A stretch of DNA of 8,253 nucleotides from a virus (taxonomy: Duplodnaviria > Heunggongvirae > Uroviricota > Caudoviricetes), in IMG/VR virus record IMGVR_UViG_3300011952_000012, one strand, 5' to 3'. The position numbers and the translations under genes were made by a program. Below the pieces are notes generated by a model. That model was not told the origin of the DNA, did no database searches, and saw nothing but the letters and a program-made list of their open reading frames with translations. Below, piece after piece: positions 6,614 through 8,253 of this stretch. Numbering within the stretch: the first letter of the stretch is position 1; every line of letters starts with the position of its first letter.

Positions 6614-7206
6614 GATGTGTAATCCAGCAGCTGCGCGGCAGCATTTTCAGCGGCCTCCTGAGAGGCAAACGTGCGGAACAAAATATAATTCCACAGCACA
6701 TCTAAAACGGCTGAATACAGTTGACCGAACTCAAGATCGTCCATCGCAGCAAACGAGATTGAACGAGGTACGCGCATCAAACTGCCATCCGGCATCTGAT
6801 GAACGTCATAAAACCCAGCTTCCATAATCGCCCAGGCGCGAAACGCCTCGAACGACTTCACCGCACTGATATTCCCCGCGCGCTTTTCCGACTCATCGAG
6901 AAGATACTGATCAGCCAGCTCTGCCATGACATCACCGTGTCCACCGTAATACGCCAGTAACTTAACGTAGCCATGGACCAGTTCGCGCTCCGCAGGAGAA
7001 ATAGCCCCTCCGGACGGATGCCAGTAATCAAAGCCCAGGTTTAGAAGTGAGAAAAATTTACGATGAAACGCGGGATTACGCGCCTGTTTGAAATCTGCAT
7101 ACACAACAGCATCTGGTTTGACTCGTTCAGTCAACCAGCGTTGCGTGTCTGGTGTCGCGGGTATTAGCGAACCGCCGGATACCCTGATAAATGAATGCTG
7201 CGCCAT
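6610..7206 (-). CDS. Conserved phage protein of unknown function (nin-region gene, possibly DUF1367-like)
   Basis: 198-aa ORF with RBS TGGAG about 8 nt before the ATG at 7206 and a globular-looking translation. Stop overlaps the YbcO-like start. Family assignment is a guess from neighbourhood. Confidence 0.7.
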   Translation of the reverse strand: MAQHSFIRVSGGSLIPATPDTQRWLTERVKPDAVVYADFKQARNPAFHRKFFSLLNLGFDYWHPSGGAISPAERELVHGYVKLLAYYGGHGDVMAELADQYLLDESEKRAGNISAVKSFEAFRAWAIMEAGFYDVHQMPDGSLMRVPRSISFAAMDDLEFGQLYSAVLDVLWNYILFRTFASQEAAENAAAQLLDYTS

Positions 7207-7283
7207 GTTTAACTCCAGGTGGCGCGGCAGTGCTCAGAAAATGGTGCCGGGTGTTCAGACCAGCACCAGTATTATACCGCGTA

Positions 7284-7463
7284 TTACGCGTCAGGGGGTG
7301 TAATAGTATATCCAGCTGTTTCTGCCAACTCGAGAAACGCCAGCAGGCTGGCAATCCGCTCGTCGTCGCTGAGGACGCGTACAATCACTACGCGCCCCTC
7401 TTCTCGTTTGATTACAGCCCGGCACGTATCCGGTAATTTGCTGATCGCCTCGTGTGTGTTCAT
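7284..7463 (-). CDS. Small hypothetical protein (59 aa) under a LexA-box promoter; candidate SOS-induced regulator such as an antirepressor
   Basis: ATG at 7463 preceded by SD AGGGGGA about 5 nt upstream (the ORF-track start at 7484 lacks an SD). Translation MNTHEAISKLPDTCRAVIKREEGRVVIVRVLSDDERIASLLAFLELAETAGYTITPPDA. The promoter and LexA box lie 20-55 bp upstream. Confidence 0.55.
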   Translation of the reverse strand: MNTHEAISKLPDTCRAVIKREEGRVVIVRVLSDDERIASLLAFLELAETAGYTITPPDA

Positions 7464-7481
7464 ATTTCCCCCTGACAGAAA

Positions 7482-7501
7482 CACTGTATATATATACAGT
7501 A
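7482..7501. promoter_or_regulatory. LexA operator (SOS box), near-perfect consensus
   Basis: CACTGTATATATATACAGTA matches the E. coli LexA consensus TACTGTATATATATACAGTA at 19 of 20 positions (CTGT-N8-ACAG with an alternating AT spacer). Lies in the intergenic region just upstream of the 59-aa gene. Confidence 0.8.
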
Positions 7502-7519
7502 TTTTTTATCGTATGTCAT
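7491..7519 (-). promoter_or_regulatory. Sigma70-like promoter for the 59-aa gene, -10 embedded in the LexA box
   Basis: Minus strand ATGACA (7519-7514), 17-bp spacer, TATATA (7496-7491). The -10 lies inside the SOS box, the usual arrangement for LexA-repressed promoters. Predicted start about 20 nt upstream of the ATG. Confidence 0.45.
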
Positions 7520-7612
7520 AACATCAAATGCAATGGGGGAATAATGAGCAATTATATTCACCGCGTGAATTTGATTAAACGGTTTATTCCCGGAAAAAAC
7601 GGTTTATGGTTA

Positions 7613-8253
7613 TTATTTTTCATTTCCATAAACATGGGTTAACCATTTTCTAATAGTTGACTCCGCCGGAACGTCAGCATATTTTTTTACGAGAATTTCG
7701 TTAATACGTGCCACCGCCGCACTAACCCGTGCGTGGGGATTATTTGTGAAAAAAACCTCTGCAATCTGTAATGCCTCGTCTTTTAGCCTGTGCTGTGGCC
7801 TCCCTCCGCCCTTTGTTCCCAGATAACGCGCCAGTTGTTTGAACCGGTACGCCACGATTAGTGGCCGCATCATCATATTGAAAAAATCACGTGCATCGTC
7901 GTCCTCTCCTCGCGCTATCAACAGCGCAAAAAACAGGTACGGTATTGTATATACGTCAGGGGAAATCATTACGCGCCTGCACACAGTCGGCGCCAGTGCG
8001 ATCAGTGTGTCTGCCAGCGCGTCGCTCTCTCCTCCACGTTTGTAATACCGGTAGAGTGGTCCTAAGTCGAGTTCACTGGTATTGAATCCAGTCACAGCCT
8101 CACGAACCTCGTCTGCCAGCGCGTTGTAAATCGCCCCTGTACGTTTTGTGTAGAGTCTCCGGGTTGCCCCCCGGTTATCCAGCGCCCGCAGCATGTCAAG
8201 TCGGGTGACAAACGTTTCAGGCCAGTCCTCATAGAATGATCTCATATCCACCT
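7613..8253 (-). CDS. Hypothetical protein (at least 212 aa, probably truncated at the window edge)
   Basis: Long minus-strand ORF with a non-repetitive translation (...RSFYEDWPETFVTRLDMLRALDNRGATRRLYTKRTG...TIRKWLTHVYGNEK). The frame is open to the last base of the window; the ORF-track start is a GTG at 8251 with an ATG at 8245. No family recognised. Confidence 0.65.
   Translation of the reverse strand, partial: VDMRSFYEDWPETFVTRLDMLRALDNRGATRRLYTKRTGAIYNALADEVREAVTGFNTSELDLGPLYRYYKRGGESDALADTLIALAPTVCRRVMISPDVYTIPYLFFALLIARGEDDDARDFFNMMMRPLIVAYRFKQLARYLGTKGGGRPQHRLKDEALQIAEVFFTNNPHARVSAAVARINEILVKKYADVPAESTIRKWLTHVYGNEK

Noticed and set aside
6408-7521. Plus-strand ORFs 6408..6827, 7088..7303, 7191..7436 and 7219..7521, and minus ORF 7127..7384
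   Set aside because: Antisense to or out of frame with the YbcO-like, 198-aa and 59-aa genes; translations are Arg/Ser/Thr-rich, typical of off-frame reading.
7454-7642. Plus-strand ORF 7454..7642 across the AT-rich intergenic region
   Set aside because: It runs through the LexA box and promoter and its translation is low-complexity hydrophobic; the region is better explained as regulatory DNA.
7839-8085. Plus-strand ORFs 7839..8045 and 7891..8085
   Set aside because: Antisense to the 212-aa minus-strand ORF; Ser/Arg-rich shadow ORFs.
1-8253. Looked for CRISPR repeats, tRNA or rRNA genes, and IS or transposase signatures
   Set aside because: No regularly spaced direct repeats, no tRNA-like cloverleaf candidates in the intergenic regions (the Q-to-holin spacer is too short to hold one), and no transposase-like ORFs or terminal inverted repeats were seen.

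Overview
This 8.25-kb window reads as the late region of a lambda-like (lambdoid) phage or prophage, with essentially every credible gene on the minus strand (transcribed right to left). From the right edge: a 212-aa protein of unknown function (truncated by the window), a near-consensus LexA (SOS) box overlapping a sigma70-like promoter, a 59-aa gene, two nin-region-like genes (a 198-aa protein and a YbcO/DUF1364-like protein with an apparent frame break), a Q-like antiterminator candidate, a short intergenic region with a promoter-like element and a terminator hairpin, a lysis cassette (holin, second small membrane protein, Cys-His peptidase-type endolysin candidate, lipoprotein), an AT-rich plus-strand ORF in the classical moron position, a cos-like region, terminase small subunit (Nu1-like), terminase large subunit (gpA), gpW and the N-terminal two-thirds of the portal protein (gpB). 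Four N-runs (1156-1310, 2239-2248, 4263-4272, 6127-6136) interrupt genes; the three 10-N runs look like placeholders of unknown true length. All homology statements come from reading the translations against remembered protein sequences, not from a database search. The most interesting signals are the SOS-box-controlled small gene directly upstream of the Q-to-lysis gene chain, and the low-GC accessory locus between the lysis genes and cos.
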